Below the pieces are notes generated by a model. That model had not been told where the DNA came from and did not search any database. It saw only the letters and a list, made by a program, of their open reading frames with translations. A DNA stretch of 64,000 nucleotides from Polyangiaceae bacterium (GTDB lineage Bacteria; Myxococcota_A; Polyangia; Polyangiales; Polyangiaceae), in assembly GCA_035063585.1 (NCBI GenBank), contig JAPSGB010000004.1, positions 1 to 64,000 of the forward strand. Reading direction: 5' to 3'. Of this stretch, positions 1 to 8,746 are shown piece after piece. Made by a program: the position numbers and the translations under genes. The number at the start of each line of letters is the position of its first letter. Within the stretch, counting starts at the first letter, position 1.

Positions 1-160
1 GCCCGCGCTGCCGCCGCCCGAGCCCGCGCTGCCGCCGCCCGAGCCCGCGCTGCCGCCGCCCGAGCCCGCGCTGCCGCCGCCCGAGCCCGCGCTGCCGCCG
101 GAGCCCGCGCTGCCGCCGCCCGAGCCCGCGCTGCCGCCGCCCGAGCCCGCGCTGCCGCCG
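1..160. repeat. 21-bp coding tandem repeat (gcccgcgctgccgccgcccga), about 7.5 copies visible, one shortened to 18 bp
   Basis: Read directly; encodes SGGGSAG on the minus strand. Confidence 0.95.
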
Positions 161-306
161 CTCGACGTGCCGCCTGCTCCCGCACCGCCGGCCGCGCCGC
201 CGAGGCTCGTCCCGCCGCCGCTCGCCGGCGCATCGCCGGAGGCCGCGCACCCGGCCGCGACGCCGGCCACGCCGGCCAGCCAAACCCCCAGAAATACCCA
301 ACGCAT
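1..306 (-). CDS. Secreted lipoprotein with Gly/Ser-rich linker (5' part only; runs off the window edge)
   Basis: ATG at 306 preceded by AGGAG; MRWVFLGVWLAGVAGVAAGC signal/lipobox followed by SGGGSAG repeats. Confidence 0.75.
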   Translation of the reverse strand, partial: MRWVFLGVWLAGVAGVAAGCAASGDAPASGGGTSLGGAAGGAGAGGTSSGGSAGSGGGSAGSGGGSAGSGGSAGSGGGSAGSGGGSAGSGGGSAGSGGGSAG

Positions 307-462
307 GGGCTCCTAGAAGCAGCCCGTCGGGCTCCTGTCAAGTCAGCTCGACACTTTGCAGATAACTTTACTATTGCCTCGGACGGAGTCTCGCGAGGCC
401 CCCCTGCCCGCTCCGCCCATTTCGAGCTACGCTCGCGCGCGAACGGGCAAGCGGAGGAACGC

Positions 463-843
463 ATGGCGAGCGAAGAAGAGCACGAAGCCGAGAACGAGGC
501 GGTCGAAGATCCGATGATGCCGGAGGTGCCGGAGGACGTCGACGTGGATCCGATGCTCCTCGCGCTCCTCCACACCGCGGCCTTCCTCGACTTCTCGGAC
601 GACACGCTGGTCCACCCCGACGCCGCGGGCGACGTGCTCGAGCACGTCGGGCTCTACGTCCAACGGCTCCCACCCGAGCGCCTGGATGATCTCGGGGATC
701 AGCTCGAGATCTTGGCCGAGCACGGCGCCGGGGCCGGGTGGCCGCCCGCGATGCTCGAGTTCGTCCGGGACTTCCTGTTCAACTGCGGCCTCGACGGCGA
801 TGAGGACGAGGAGCGCGACGACGACGACGCCGACGACGAGTAG
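463..843 (+). CDS. Acidic hypothetical protein
   Basis: 126-aa ORF with GGAGG RBS and typical GC3-rich codon use. Confidence 0.75.
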   Translation: MASEEEHEAENEAVEDPMMPEVPEDVDVDPMLLALLHTAAFLDFSDDTLVHPDAAGDVLEHVGLYVQRLPPERLDDLGDQLEILAEHGAGAGWPPAMLEFVRDFLFNCGLDGDEDEERDDDDADDE

Positions 844-1228
844 CGCGGCGCGGCTGCATCACCTCGCGCTCGGCGCGCGGGACGTGCGGCGCGTGAGCGC
901 GTTCTATCGGGACGTGCTCGGCCTCCGCGAGCTCGCCGAGCACCGCGACGACGCGGGCGAGCTTCGCAGCGTGTGGCTCGATCTCGGCGGCGCGTGGCTC
1001 ATGATCGAGCGCACCGCGGCCCAGCCCCGCCGCGTCGATGGGGTCGGCGCGGGGCCGTTCTTGCTGGCGGTTCGAGTCGCTCCCGACCAGCGCGAGGCGC
1101 TCGAGCGGCGCCTCGCGAACGCCGAAGCCCCCATCGAAGCGCGCACCGAGTTCAGCTCTTACGCGCGCGATCCCGAAGGGAACCGCGTCGCCATCAGCCA
1201 CTACCCGGAGCCGCCACTCGGCGAGTGA
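800..1228 (+). CDS. VOC/glyoxalase family protein (start uncertain)
   Basis: LHHLAL...FYRDVLGL...YARDPEGNRV motifs. Confidence 0.8.
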   Translation: MRTRSATTTTPTTSSAARLHHLALGARDVRRVSAFYRDVLGLRELAEHRDDAGELRSVWLDLGGAWLMIERTAAQPRRVDGVGAGPFLLAVRVAPDQREALERRLANAEAPIEARTEFSSYARDPEGNRVAISHYPEPPLGE

Positions 1229-1249
1229 CGGCCGAGCGGGGCATCGCGC

Positions 1250-2068
1250 TCAGCCACCCGGCATCGACCCGCCGAGCGCCCCGACCATCTTCGCGTCCAT
1301 GTCCGCCGGGAAGGTGTGACCGACCTTGCCGAGCGAGAGGAACGTCGCGGGAAATCCGGCGCGGTCCAAGCGCCGCGCGACCGCGCGCATCCCGTCGTAG
1401 GTCGTGTCGAGCTCACCTGCCGCGAGCACCACGCTCGACACGCCGGCGCGCTCCAGTTGAGCGCGCTCGAGCGCGACCCTGGCCGCGATCACCACCACGC
1501 GCGACCAGCGGCCTCGCCCCTCGAGCGCGAGCTTCAGCGCGGCCGTGCCACCCAGCGAGAAGCCAGCAATCCTGCCGTCATCCTCGCTGAGCTCGCCAGG
1601 TCGCGCTGCGGTGAGCGCGGCGACCGCCGAGTCGACCCGGCGCCCGACGTCACCGAGCGACCACGCGGTGCCGCCGCCTTGGCAAGCGACGCCGGCGCGC
1701 GGACACACGAGCCAGCCGTGGCTCGTCGCCGCCGGCGCGATCCACGGGCACTCGATCTCCGGCGCGTCGCACATCCCGTGCAGGAAGACCGTCACGGGCT
1801 GCGGCCGCGCCGCGCTGACCGGCGGATAGACGAGCACCGTCTCGGCGGAGTCGAGCCAGAACGGCGCGGCGTCGCGCACGGGCTCGCTCGGCTCGGCTCG
1901 CGCGGGCTGGCTCGGCTCGGCTCGCGCGGGCTGGCTCGGCTCGGCGCGCGCGGCCGGCGCTCGGCTCGGCTCGGGCGGCGTCGCGCTCGCCACCGGGCGC
2001 TTGGTGTGGTTCGTCTCGCTCACGCAGGCCGCCGCGAGTAGGGCGGCACCCCAAATCATCTTCATCAT
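1250..2068 (-). CDS. Lipoprotein, alpha/beta-hydrolase (esterase-like)
   Basis: GAGGAGG RBS, MMKMIWGAALLAAAC lipobox, FLHG, GFSLGG nucleophile motif, GELD, GHTF. Confidence 0.8.
   Translation of the reverse strand: MMKMIWGAALLAAACVSETNHTKRPVASATPPEPSRAPAARAEPSQPARAEPSQPARAEPSEPVRDAAPFWLDSAETVLVYPPVSAARPQPVTVFLHGMCDAPEIECPWIAPAATSHGWLVCPRAGVACQGGGTAWSLGDVGRRVDSAVAALTAARPGELSEDDGRIAGFSLGGTAALKLALEGRGRWSRVVVIAARVALERAQLERAGVSSVVLAAGELDTTYDGMRAVARRLDRAGFPATFLSLGKVGHTFPADMDAKMVGALGGSMPGG
1886..1950. repeat. 24-bp coding tandem repeat (AEPSQPAR, about 2.7 copies)
   Basis: gctcggctcggctcgcgcgggctg repeated. Confidence 0.85.
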
Positions 2069-2133
2069 CGTGTCCTCCTCGCGCTCGGCGCGTCTGCGTC
2101 GAACATCGGTGGGCGGACTCACTTCGTGACGAA

Positions 2134-3201
2134 CTATAGCTTGGTCGGAGGCGCCGGGGCCTGCGACGGCTCCGGGGCACGCGGCTCCGCGTTCGACTCG
2201 GGCGGCGCGCTGAGCGGCTTCGGCACCGTCGTCGGCGCGAGCTTCGGAGCCTCCTTCATGCGGAGGTCGAGGGGGGCCTTCGGCGCGATCCTCGGAGCGG
2301 TCTTGCGCCCATCGCTCGGCGCGGGCGCGGGCGCGGCGCTCGGCGCGGGCGCGGGCACGGCGCTCGGCGTGGGCGCGACCTGCTCGTCGATCGACGGCGT
2401 CAAGGGCGGGGCGGCCCGAAGCGCACGGGCGGCGGCCTCGCGCGCGGACTTCACCGGCGGCGCCGTGTCGCCCGCCGGATCGAGCGCGCGCGCGCGGTCG
2501 AGCCCGTCGACGCACGCGCGCCACCGCGCAGCCGCGCAGTCGTCGAGGGCGGCGCGCCGGAGGCGCCCAGCTTGCTCGAGGCGCGGAACGCGCTCTTCGG
2601 CGATCGGCGCGACCTCGGTGAGCGATCGCGCGCGGTGGAGCGAGTAAATCGCGAGCACCACGCCCGCGAGCGCCGCCGCCACGCCGAGCTCGACGGCCCA
2701 GCGCCGGCGATAGTGCTGGCGCATCCGCGTGACGCGCTGGCGCACGCGCGGCGCGGGGACCTCTTGCTCGGCCGCGATGTGCTCGAGCTTCTCGCCGTCC
2801 GCCTCGCGCAGCATCCACTCGAGCGTGCGGTCGGCGCCCTCTCCGGCCGGGAGCTCGCGCTCCGCCCAGCGCAAGAGATCGCGCGCGCCGAGCGGCGCGC
2901 TGTCGGCGCTCACCTCATCGCTGAGGTCGCCGTCGTGCGAAACCTCACGACGCCGCCTGCGGTAATGATCGACGATCTTGTTCTTCGCGATGGCGAAGAG
3001 CCAGCGCTCGACCTCTTGCCGCGTCGCAGGCGCGCGCCGCGCCGCGAGCGCGTCGGTGAGCGTGGTCTGCACGACGTCCTCGGCCTCGGCCGCCGCCATG
3101 CGCGCCGCCACGAAGCCGAGCAGCCGCGCGCGGAGCGCCGGATCGCCGAGCACCGCGCCGAGCTCGAAATCTTCGTCGCCGATCGCCATGGGCATCGCCA
3201 T
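2134..3201 (-). CDS. ECF-type sigma-70 factor with C-terminal transmembrane helix and Pro-rich extension
   Basis: Region 2 AEDVVQTTL...WLFAIAKNKIVDHYRRR; region 4 HTH LEHIAAEQEVPAPRVRQRVTRMR; hydrophobic WAVELGVAAALAGVVLAIYSL. Confidence 0.8.
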   Translation of the reverse strand: MAMPMAIGDEDFELGAVLGDPALRARLLGFVAARMAAAEAEDVVQTTLTDALAARRAPATRQEVERWLFAIAKNKIVDHYRRRRREVSHDGDLSDEVSADSAPLGARDLLRWAERELPAGEGADRTLEWMLREADGEKLEHIAAEQEVPAPRVRQRVTRMRQHYRRRWAVELGVAAALAGVVLAIYSLHRARSLTEVAPIAEERVPRLEQAGRLRRAALDDCAAARWRACVDGLDRARALDPAGDTAPPVKSAREAAARALRAAPPLTPSIDEQVAPTPSAVPAPAPSAAPAPAPSDGRKTAPRIAPKAPLDLRMKEAPKLAPTTVPKPLSAPPESNAEPRAPEPSQAPAPPTKL

Positions 3202-3209
3202 GGGGGATC

Positions 3210-3236
3210 ATCGTCGAACCGCGCCAGAATGTGACA
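3210..3236 (-). promoter_or_regulatory. Putative ECF promoter TGTCACA-N16-CGAT
   Basis: Lies immediately upstream of the sigma ATG (3201); resembles the TGTCACA-N16-CGTC ECF41-type motif. Confidence 0.5.
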
Positions 3237-3334
3237 ACGCGCTGCAGCAAGTGGTAATTGCTGGTTTTTTGTTGCCGGTCCGGCGCGAGCCCGACCGGTT
3301 CGCCCGCCGGCGGCCGGCGTCGTAGCCTCGGTGC

Positions 3335-4447
3335 GTGACGTGGCGGATCGAGCGGCTGGTGCCCGGCGGTGACGGCTTCACGCGCCTCCCCGATGGCCGC
3401 GCCGGGTTCGCGACCGGCGCGCTGCCCGGGGACGTCATCCTGCCCGAGCGCGTCGAGGATCATCGGAGCTACCTCCGCGCGACCAGCTTTCGGCTCGTCG
3501 AGCCGAGCCCCGAGCGCGTCGAGCCCGCGTGCCCCATCGCCGACGCGTGCGGCGGCTGCGACCTCATACGACTCTCGCGCGAGGCCGAGCTCCGCGAGAA
3601 ATCCGCGATGCTCGGCGAGGCCCTCAGGCGCACCGGGGGGTTCCGCGATTTGCCAGCCCCCCACCCCATCATCACCGCGGGGAGCGAGCTCGGTTACCGT
3701 TCGCGGATCCGCGTGCGCGTCGACGCCGAGGGGCGGGTCGGCTACTTCGCGCGCGGGACGCACGAGCTCGTCGAGCTCGAGCGCTGCGCGGTCGCCACGC
3801 CCGAGGTGAACCAGGCGCTCGCAGAGCTTCGCGAGCGAGCGCGCTCCTCGCGCGTCGAGCCCGGCGAGCTCGAGCTCCGCGCCACACCGGGCGAGGCGCG
3901 CGTCTCGCTCCCGGAAGGCGTCGAGCTCTACGCGCCCGCGGACGCCTTCGCGCAGGTGAACGCCGCGGTGAACGAGCGCATCATCGTCGATCTTCTCGCC
4001 GGCGCGCGGGAGCGCGGCCTGACGACCTTCTGCGATCTCTTCGCGGGCGCCGGCAACTTCGCGCTCCCGCTCGCGCGGGCCGGGCTCCGCGGCGTGGCCA
4101 TCGAGCGCACCGGGAGCGCGATAGAGGCCGGGCGACGCGCCGCGAGCGCGCAGGGCCTCGCGGTGCGCTTCGTCGCCGGCGACGTGGCGCGGAGCCTGGC
4201 CCGAGAGCGCGGGCCATTCGAGCTCGCCGTGCTCGATCCGCCGCGCGCGGGCGCGCGCGAGGTGCTCGCGCCGCTCGTCCGCCTCCGGCCGCGCTCCATC
4301 GCCTATCTCGCCTGCGACATCGTCACGCTCGCGCGCGACCTTTCGGCCCTCACCCGCTCGGGCTACGCGCTCGAGCGGGTGACTGGCTACGACATGTTCC
4401 CGCGCACGCACCACCTCGAGGCGCTCGCCTGGCTCGCGAGAGCGTGA
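3335..4447 (+). CDS. TrmA/RlmD-family RNA (uracil-5-)-methyltransferase
   Basis: C-x5-CGGC Fe-S motif, YRSRI, FAQVN, DLFAGAGNF, LDPPRAG, YLAC, DMFPRTHHLE. Confidence 0.9.
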   Translation: MTWRIERLVPGGDGFTRLPDGRAGFATGALPGDVILPERVEDHRSYLRATSFRLVEPSPERVEPACPIADACGGCDLIRLSREAELREKSAMLGEALRRTGGFRDLPAPHPIITAGSELGYRSRIRVRVDAEGRVGYFARGTHELVELERCAVATPEVNQALAELRERARSSRVEPGELELRATPGEARVSLPEGVELYAPADAFAQVNAAVNERIIVDLLAGARERGLTTFCDLFAGAGNFALPLARAGLRGVAIERTGSAIEAGRRAASAQGLAVRFVAGDVARSLARERGPFELAVLDPPRAGAREVLAPLVRLRPRSIAYLACDIVTLARDLSALTRSGYALERVTGYDMFPRTHHLEALAWLARA

Positions 4448-4954
4448 CTACTTCTCGGGGCCGCCGTGCTCTTGCCGGTAGCGGCCGAGCGCGCGCCCGA
4501 GCCGCTGACCCGTCTTCCGCAGCGCGGTGACGAACTTCGCTTGCTCCTTCGGCGTGAGGAGCTTGGCGACCTCGTCGAGCTCGTTCTGGCGCATGGCGGC
4601 GAGCCGCTTCTCGCTCGCGCGGAGGCCGGCGAGCGCCTTGGCGTACGCCGCCTGATCGTTGCTGTCGGAGGCGAGGAGTCTCTCGATTTCCTTCCGGTGC
4701 TTCCGCTCCTCCTGGCGCGCCGCGCGCTCCGCGGCCACGTTCTTGTCGAGCACCTTCTCGACCGCGAGGGCCTTCTTCTCGTCGAGCCCCACGCGATCGC
4801 GCAGTATGCGCTTTCGCACTTCCCGCATGCGCTCCTCGACCTGCGCGCGCTTGCCCGCGGGCGAGCCGCCCGGCGGAGGGCGAGCGAGCGCGGGCGCGGA
4901 CGCCGCGAGCGCAGCGAGGAGCGCTCCACCGGCCAGGACATTCTTCAAGAGCAT
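4448..4954 (-). CDS. Spy/CpxP-like periplasmic helical protein
   Basis: AAGGAG RBS, signal peptide, charged coiled coil, LLTPKEQAKF (LTxxQ-like) motif. Confidence 0.7.
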   Translation of the reverse strand: MLLKNVLAGGALLAALAASAPALARPPPGGSPAGKRAQVEERMREVRKRILRDRVGLDEKKALAVEKVLDKNVAAERAARQEERKHRKEIERLLASDSNDQAAYAKALAGLRASEKRLAAMRQNELDEVAKLLTPKEQAKFVTALRKTGQRLGRALGRYRQEHGGPEK

Positions 4955-4973
4955 CGGTCGTCTCCTTGCGGCA

Positions 4974-5459
4974 TCAACCGCCGTTGTCGAGCAGCTCCGC
5001 GGTCGCGTAGAGCCAAGCATCCAGATCCGCGTCGGACGGCGCGCCGCCGAGCACGGCGACGCCCAGCTCGCTCGACGAACCGAGCCCATCCGCGCCGGTT
5101 CCGTCGAGCGACTCGAGCTCCGCGTCGTCCTGCGCGCTCTCGGCCGCGGGCGCGGGCGCGGACACCACGCGCGCTCCGCCCGATGGCGACGCGACGACGA
5201 GCGCGCTCGGCCGTGGCGGGAGCGAGCCCGACCCGACCTCACCGGTCGTGGTGCCGACCGACAGCGCGAGCGCTCCCGCGCCGACCGCGACACCCGGCAA
5301 CCACACCCAGAGCGAGCGCCAGACCGGCCGCTTGGCGCGGGCCGGTATCTCGGCGGCTCGCGCGCGGAGCCGCGTGAGCCCGAGCCCGGTCGGCTCATCG
5401 GCGGTGGCGTCGAACAGCGCCTGCAAGCGCGCCTCGTCCTTCTCGAAATCGTCGCTCAT
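4974..5459 (-). CDS. Putative membrane anti-sigma factor
   Basis: Single TM segment; start overlaps the stop of the upstream ECF sigma. Confidence 0.6.
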   Translation of the reverse strand: MSDDFEKDEARLQALFDATADEPTGLGLTRLRARAAEIPARAKRPVWRSLWVWLPGVAVGAGALALSVGTTTGEVGSGSLPPRPSALVVASPSGGARVVSAPAPAAESAQDDAELESLDGTGADGLGSSSELGVAVLGGAPSDADLDAWLYATAELLDNGG

Positions 5460-6061
5460 GGTTCTTCCCCGAGCCGCTCGCGCAGCTCCTTCAGCGCCAA
5501 GTGCACGAGCACCCGCGTCGAGCCCTCGGTGGAGCCGACCGCGCGCGCGATCTCATCGTACGACATCCCCGCGTCGAGGCGGAGCAGCGCCGCCTCGCGC
5601 CGCTTCTTCGGCATCGCCGCGAGCGCGACGCGGATCCGCTCGGCGGTCTGCTCGGCGGCCAAGAGCTCCGCGGGATCGGGCAGCGCTTCGGGCGCCGCGC
5701 TCGCGTCCTCGCGCGCGCGACGGCGGCGCTCGGTGCGGAGCAGGGTGTGCGCCTTACGCACCGCGATGGCTGCGAGGAACGCCTTGAGCGAGGTGTCCGG
5801 CTGATAGCGACCGAGCTGCTCATACCCGATGGTGAGCGCCTCTTGCACGGCGTCCTCGGCGAGCGCGCGGTCACCGCACGCGCGCGCGGCGATGCGGAAC
5901 AGCATCGCGAGGTGCGGCTCGACCAGCGACGCGAAGGCGCGGCCGTCGCCGTCGAGCGCCCGCGCGATGAGCTCTCGTTCGACGCTCACGGTGCCCGCGT
6001 TGTCACTGCTCTCGGGCGGAAAATCCAGCGCGAGCGCCGCTGCGAAGACCGGACTCGACAT
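5456..6061 (-). CDS. ECF RNA polymerase sigma factor (start may be GTG 5989)
   Basis: ELIARALDGDGRAFASLV, AEDAVQEA, GMSYDEIARAVG. Confidence 0.9.
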   Translation of the reverse strand: MSSPVFAAALALDFPPESSDNAGTVSVERELIARALDGDGRAFASLVEPHLAMLFRIAARACGDRALAEDAVQEALTIGYEQLGRYQPDTSLKAFLAAIAVRKAHTLLRTERRRRAREDASAAPEALPDPAELLAAEQTAERIRVALAAMPKKRREAALLRLDAGMSYDEIARAVGSTEGSTRVLVHLALKELRERLGEEP

Positions 6062-6099
6062 GCTGAGAGTGCATCGGCGCCGCGGGGCCGGTCGTTAAA

Positions 6100-6158
6100 T
6101 GCCGGTTCGGCGCGGAACCGCGCGGTCCGGGGTCGCGCGGTTCCGCGCCGAACCGGCA
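6100..6158. repeat. Perfect 25-bp inverted repeat (pair of REP-like units)
   Basis: tgccggttcggcgcggaaccgcgcg - 9 nt - cgcgcggttccgcgccgaaccggca. Confidence 0.9.
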
Positions 6159-6256
6159 ACCACAAACACGTGCAGTTACCGTACGTTACGCGCACACCCG
6201 GCATGACGTGTCGGGTTTGAGCGCGGGCTCGGCGGCGCTCTTTGTATCCTCGGGGG

Positions 6257-7699
6257 ATGACGCTCCCCGGATGGTCGCCGCGCCCCCTCGGCGCTCTGCT
6301 CGCGTTGGCCGGGCTCGCGTGCGCGTGCGGCGCGCCCTCGACCGATGGCGGCGCGCTGCCCGCTCAGGCTGGAGCGGCCGGCTCCTCGGGGAGCTCCGGA
6401 TGGACCGGCGATTCCGGAGGATGGCCCGCAGGGGGCGGCGCCGGGGCCGGCGGGAGTAGCGCAGGAAGCGGCGGTGGCGGCGGCGGCGGCGGTGGCGGCG
6501 GCGGCGTGGACGGCGGCGCCGGTGGCGGCGGAGCCGGTGGCGGCGGAGCCGGTGGCGCGGGCGGCGGAGACGCGGGCGGCGGAGACGCGGGCACGCCGCC
6601 GCCCGAGCCACCGCCTGCGGTGACCGTCGGGACCGTCGCGTTGACGACGCTCTTCGGCGTCGCCGGCACGGAGACCAAGTACAGCGTGCTCCAGGGGGGC
6701 GGCTCGGACGGCGCGAACGCCTACTTCGTCGTGATGTACAAGGAGCCGGGTGATATCCACGTCACGCAGCTCGTAAAGTACGGAATATCGAGCGGCAAGC
6801 GGCTCGCGAGCGCCTCCTTCGGCGCGCCAGGCAAGGCCACCAACGCGCTCGGGCACGGCAACGACCTGGCCTACGACACCGACCGCGCGCTCTTGGTCGT
6901 GCCTGCGTGGACCAACGATCAGTCGACCCAGCCACCGAACAACCAGAAGACGCTCCGCCTCATCGACCCGGCGACGCTCGAGATCGTCGGCGTGCTGACC
7001 GCCGACATCAGCGTGACCAATCTCTGTTACGTGAACCGCACCTTCGTGGTCTTCTCCGGGAACAAGCTCCGCTCGTATGACGCGAGCTTCGCGCTCAAAG
7101 GGATCGTCGGCTTCGATCTCCCTGCGGCCGCGAAGAAGTACGCGCCCGGCGGAGACGTGGGCATCGGGCAAGGGATCGATTGCGACGGCGATTACGTGTA
7201 CATCACGCGCTGGCACTCGGCCGAGAAGACCAACCGGCTCTACGTCGCGAACTGGAAGGGTCAGCTCGTCGCCGTGTATACGGCCAACGGCCCGGAGAGC
7301 GAGAACCTGATGCACGCCTCGGCCGCGCGCATCCTCTACGGCTTCAACACCTCGGCGAGCGCGGGGGATCTGCGCCGCATCGACAAGTTCCAGTACGTAG
7401 TCCAGTACGTCGCCGAGGGCGGGACGGGCTCGATGGCGACCACGCGCGTCTTGTACGGGCGAAATACGCCGCTCAGGAAGAACACCTTCACCCGCGCGGG
7501 CAAGCAGTTCGCCGGCTGGGCGGCGGAGCGGGAGAGCGACGGCAAGTGGCGGTATCAGAGCGCCGACCGCAGCGCGGACGGCTGGTACGAGCAGGGGAAG
7601 CAGCCGAGCGGATACGGGTATTACGTCTACGGCGATCAAGCGATCGTGCTGAGGTCCGCGCCCTTCGGCTACGTGAAGATGCACGCCCAGTGGAAGTAG
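6257..7699 (+). CDS. Lipoprotein: Gly-rich linker, beta-rich (propeller-like) domain, C-terminal InlB B-repeat/Flg_new-like domain
   Basis: LAGLACAC lipobox; GHGNDLAY; YVVQY..GGTGSM...LRKNTFTRAGKQFAGW...MHAQWK. Confidence 0.7.
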   Translation: MTLPGWSPRPLGALLALAGLACACGAPSTDGGALPAQAGAAGSSGSSGWTGDSGGWPAGGGAGAGGSSAGSGGGGGGGGGGGGVDGGAGGGGAGGGGAGGAGGGDAGGGDAGTPPPEPPPAVTVGTVALTTLFGVAGTETKYSVLQGGGSDGANAYFVVMYKEPGDIHVTQLVKYGISSGKRLASASFGAPGKATNALGHGNDLAYDTDRALLVVPAWTNDQSTQPPNNQKTLRLIDPATLEIVGVLTADISVTNLCYVNRTFVVFSGNKLRSYDASFALKGIVGFDLPAAAKKYAPGGDVGIGQGIDCDGDYVYITRWHSAEKTNRLYVANWKGQLVAVYTANGPESENLMHASAARILYGFNTSASAGDLRRIDKFQYVVQYVAEGGTGSMATTRVLYGRNTPLRKNTFTRAGKQFAGWAAERESDGKWRYQSADRSADGWYEQGKQPSGYGYYVYGDQAIVLRSAPFGYVKMHAQWK

Positions 7700-7778
7700 C
7701 CGAGGCGCGGGCCGCTCGCGACGCACGGCTCGAGGGCAGCCCTTGCGCCGAGCCGCCGCGATCTGCGAGCCTGGCGAG

Positions 7779-8723
7779 ATGAAGCGTTCGCTCATCTTCT
7801 CGTGCGCGCTCGCGCTGGCGGCCTGCTCGAAGAGCCCAGCTCCCTCGCCTGGACCCCAGCCCGGTCTCGGCGCCGAGGCCGCGGCGCCGCCGCTCGGTGC
7901 GGCGAGCGCGGTCGCGACGGCGAGCTCGAGCGGCGCGGCGAGCGCGGCCGCGAGCGCGTCGGCGCCGCGCTCCACGCTGCTCGACGAAGCGGCGTTCGCG
8001 GCGGCGCACGCGGCGGACGCGAAGAGCGCTCCCGCGCTTCGCGGCGCGACCGTCGAGCTGGCCGGGACTCGCGCGTACCTGAGCCTGCCGAAGCAGGGCA
8101 AGCCCCCCTTGGCCGGGCTGGTCGTCATCCACGAGTGGTGGGGGCTCGACGATCACATCGAGCGCTGGTCCGATCGGCTCGCCGAGGACGGCTACGCGGC
8201 GCTCGCGGTCGATCTGTTCGACGGCAAGATCGCGACCAGGCCGGAGGACGCGGCCGCGCAGGTGAAGGCGCTCGATGCGACGCGCGCCCGCACCACGCTG
8301 CTCGCGGCGAGTCATTTCCTCCGCACGGACCCGCGGGTCCGCGCGGAGAAGGTCGGCGCCATCGGCTGGTGCTTCGGAGGGAAATGGTCGCTCGAGCTCG
8401 GGCTCACCGATCCGAAGCTCGACGCGGTGGTCGTCTATTACGGGCAAGTGCCGAGCGACCCGGAGAAGCTCGCGGCCCTGAGGTCGCCGGTGCTCGGGAT
8501 CTTTGGAAAAAAGGACGCGAGCATCCCGAGCACGCAGCTCGACGGCTTCGAACGCGCGCTCGACACGCTCCACATCGAGCACCGCGTGCTGCGCTACGAC
8601 GCCGACCACGCCTTCGCCAACCCGCGCGGCGCGCACTACGACAAGGTTGCCGCGCGCGACTCGTGGCGTCACGTGCGTGAGTTCTTCGCGCGACGCTTGA
8701 AGGGCGCGCCAGCCGCCCCGTGA
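7779..8723 (+). CDS. Dienelactone hydrolase family lipoprotein
   Basis: LALAAC; VIHEWWGL, GWCFGG, ADHAFAN. Confidence 0.9.
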   Translation: MKRSLIFSCALALAACSKSPAPSPGPQPGLGAEAAAPPLGAASAVATASSSGAASAAASASAPRSTLLDEAAFAAAHAADAKSAPALRGATVELAGTRAYLSLPKQGKPPLAGLVVIHEWWGLDDHIERWSDRLAEDGYAALAVDLFDGKIATRPEDAAAQVKALDATRARTTLLAASHFLRTDPRVRAEKVGAIGWCFGGKWSLELGLTDPKLDAVVVYYGQVPSDPEKLAALRSPVLGIFGKKDASIPSTQLDGFERALDTLHIEHRVLRYDADHAFANPRGAHYDKVAARDSWRHVREFFARRLKGAPAAP

Positions 8724-8746
8724 CGCCGGCCGCGCCGGACCGGCAG

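Noticed and set aside
1..160. Regular repeats as a possible CRISPR array
   Set aside because: No spacers; the repeats are in-frame and encode a Gly/Ser linker; no cas genes.
6176..8128. Long Arg/Ala/Pro-rich alternative-frame ORFs here and throughout the window
   Set aside because: They overlap well-supported genes, show no motifs, and are expected where stop codons are rare.
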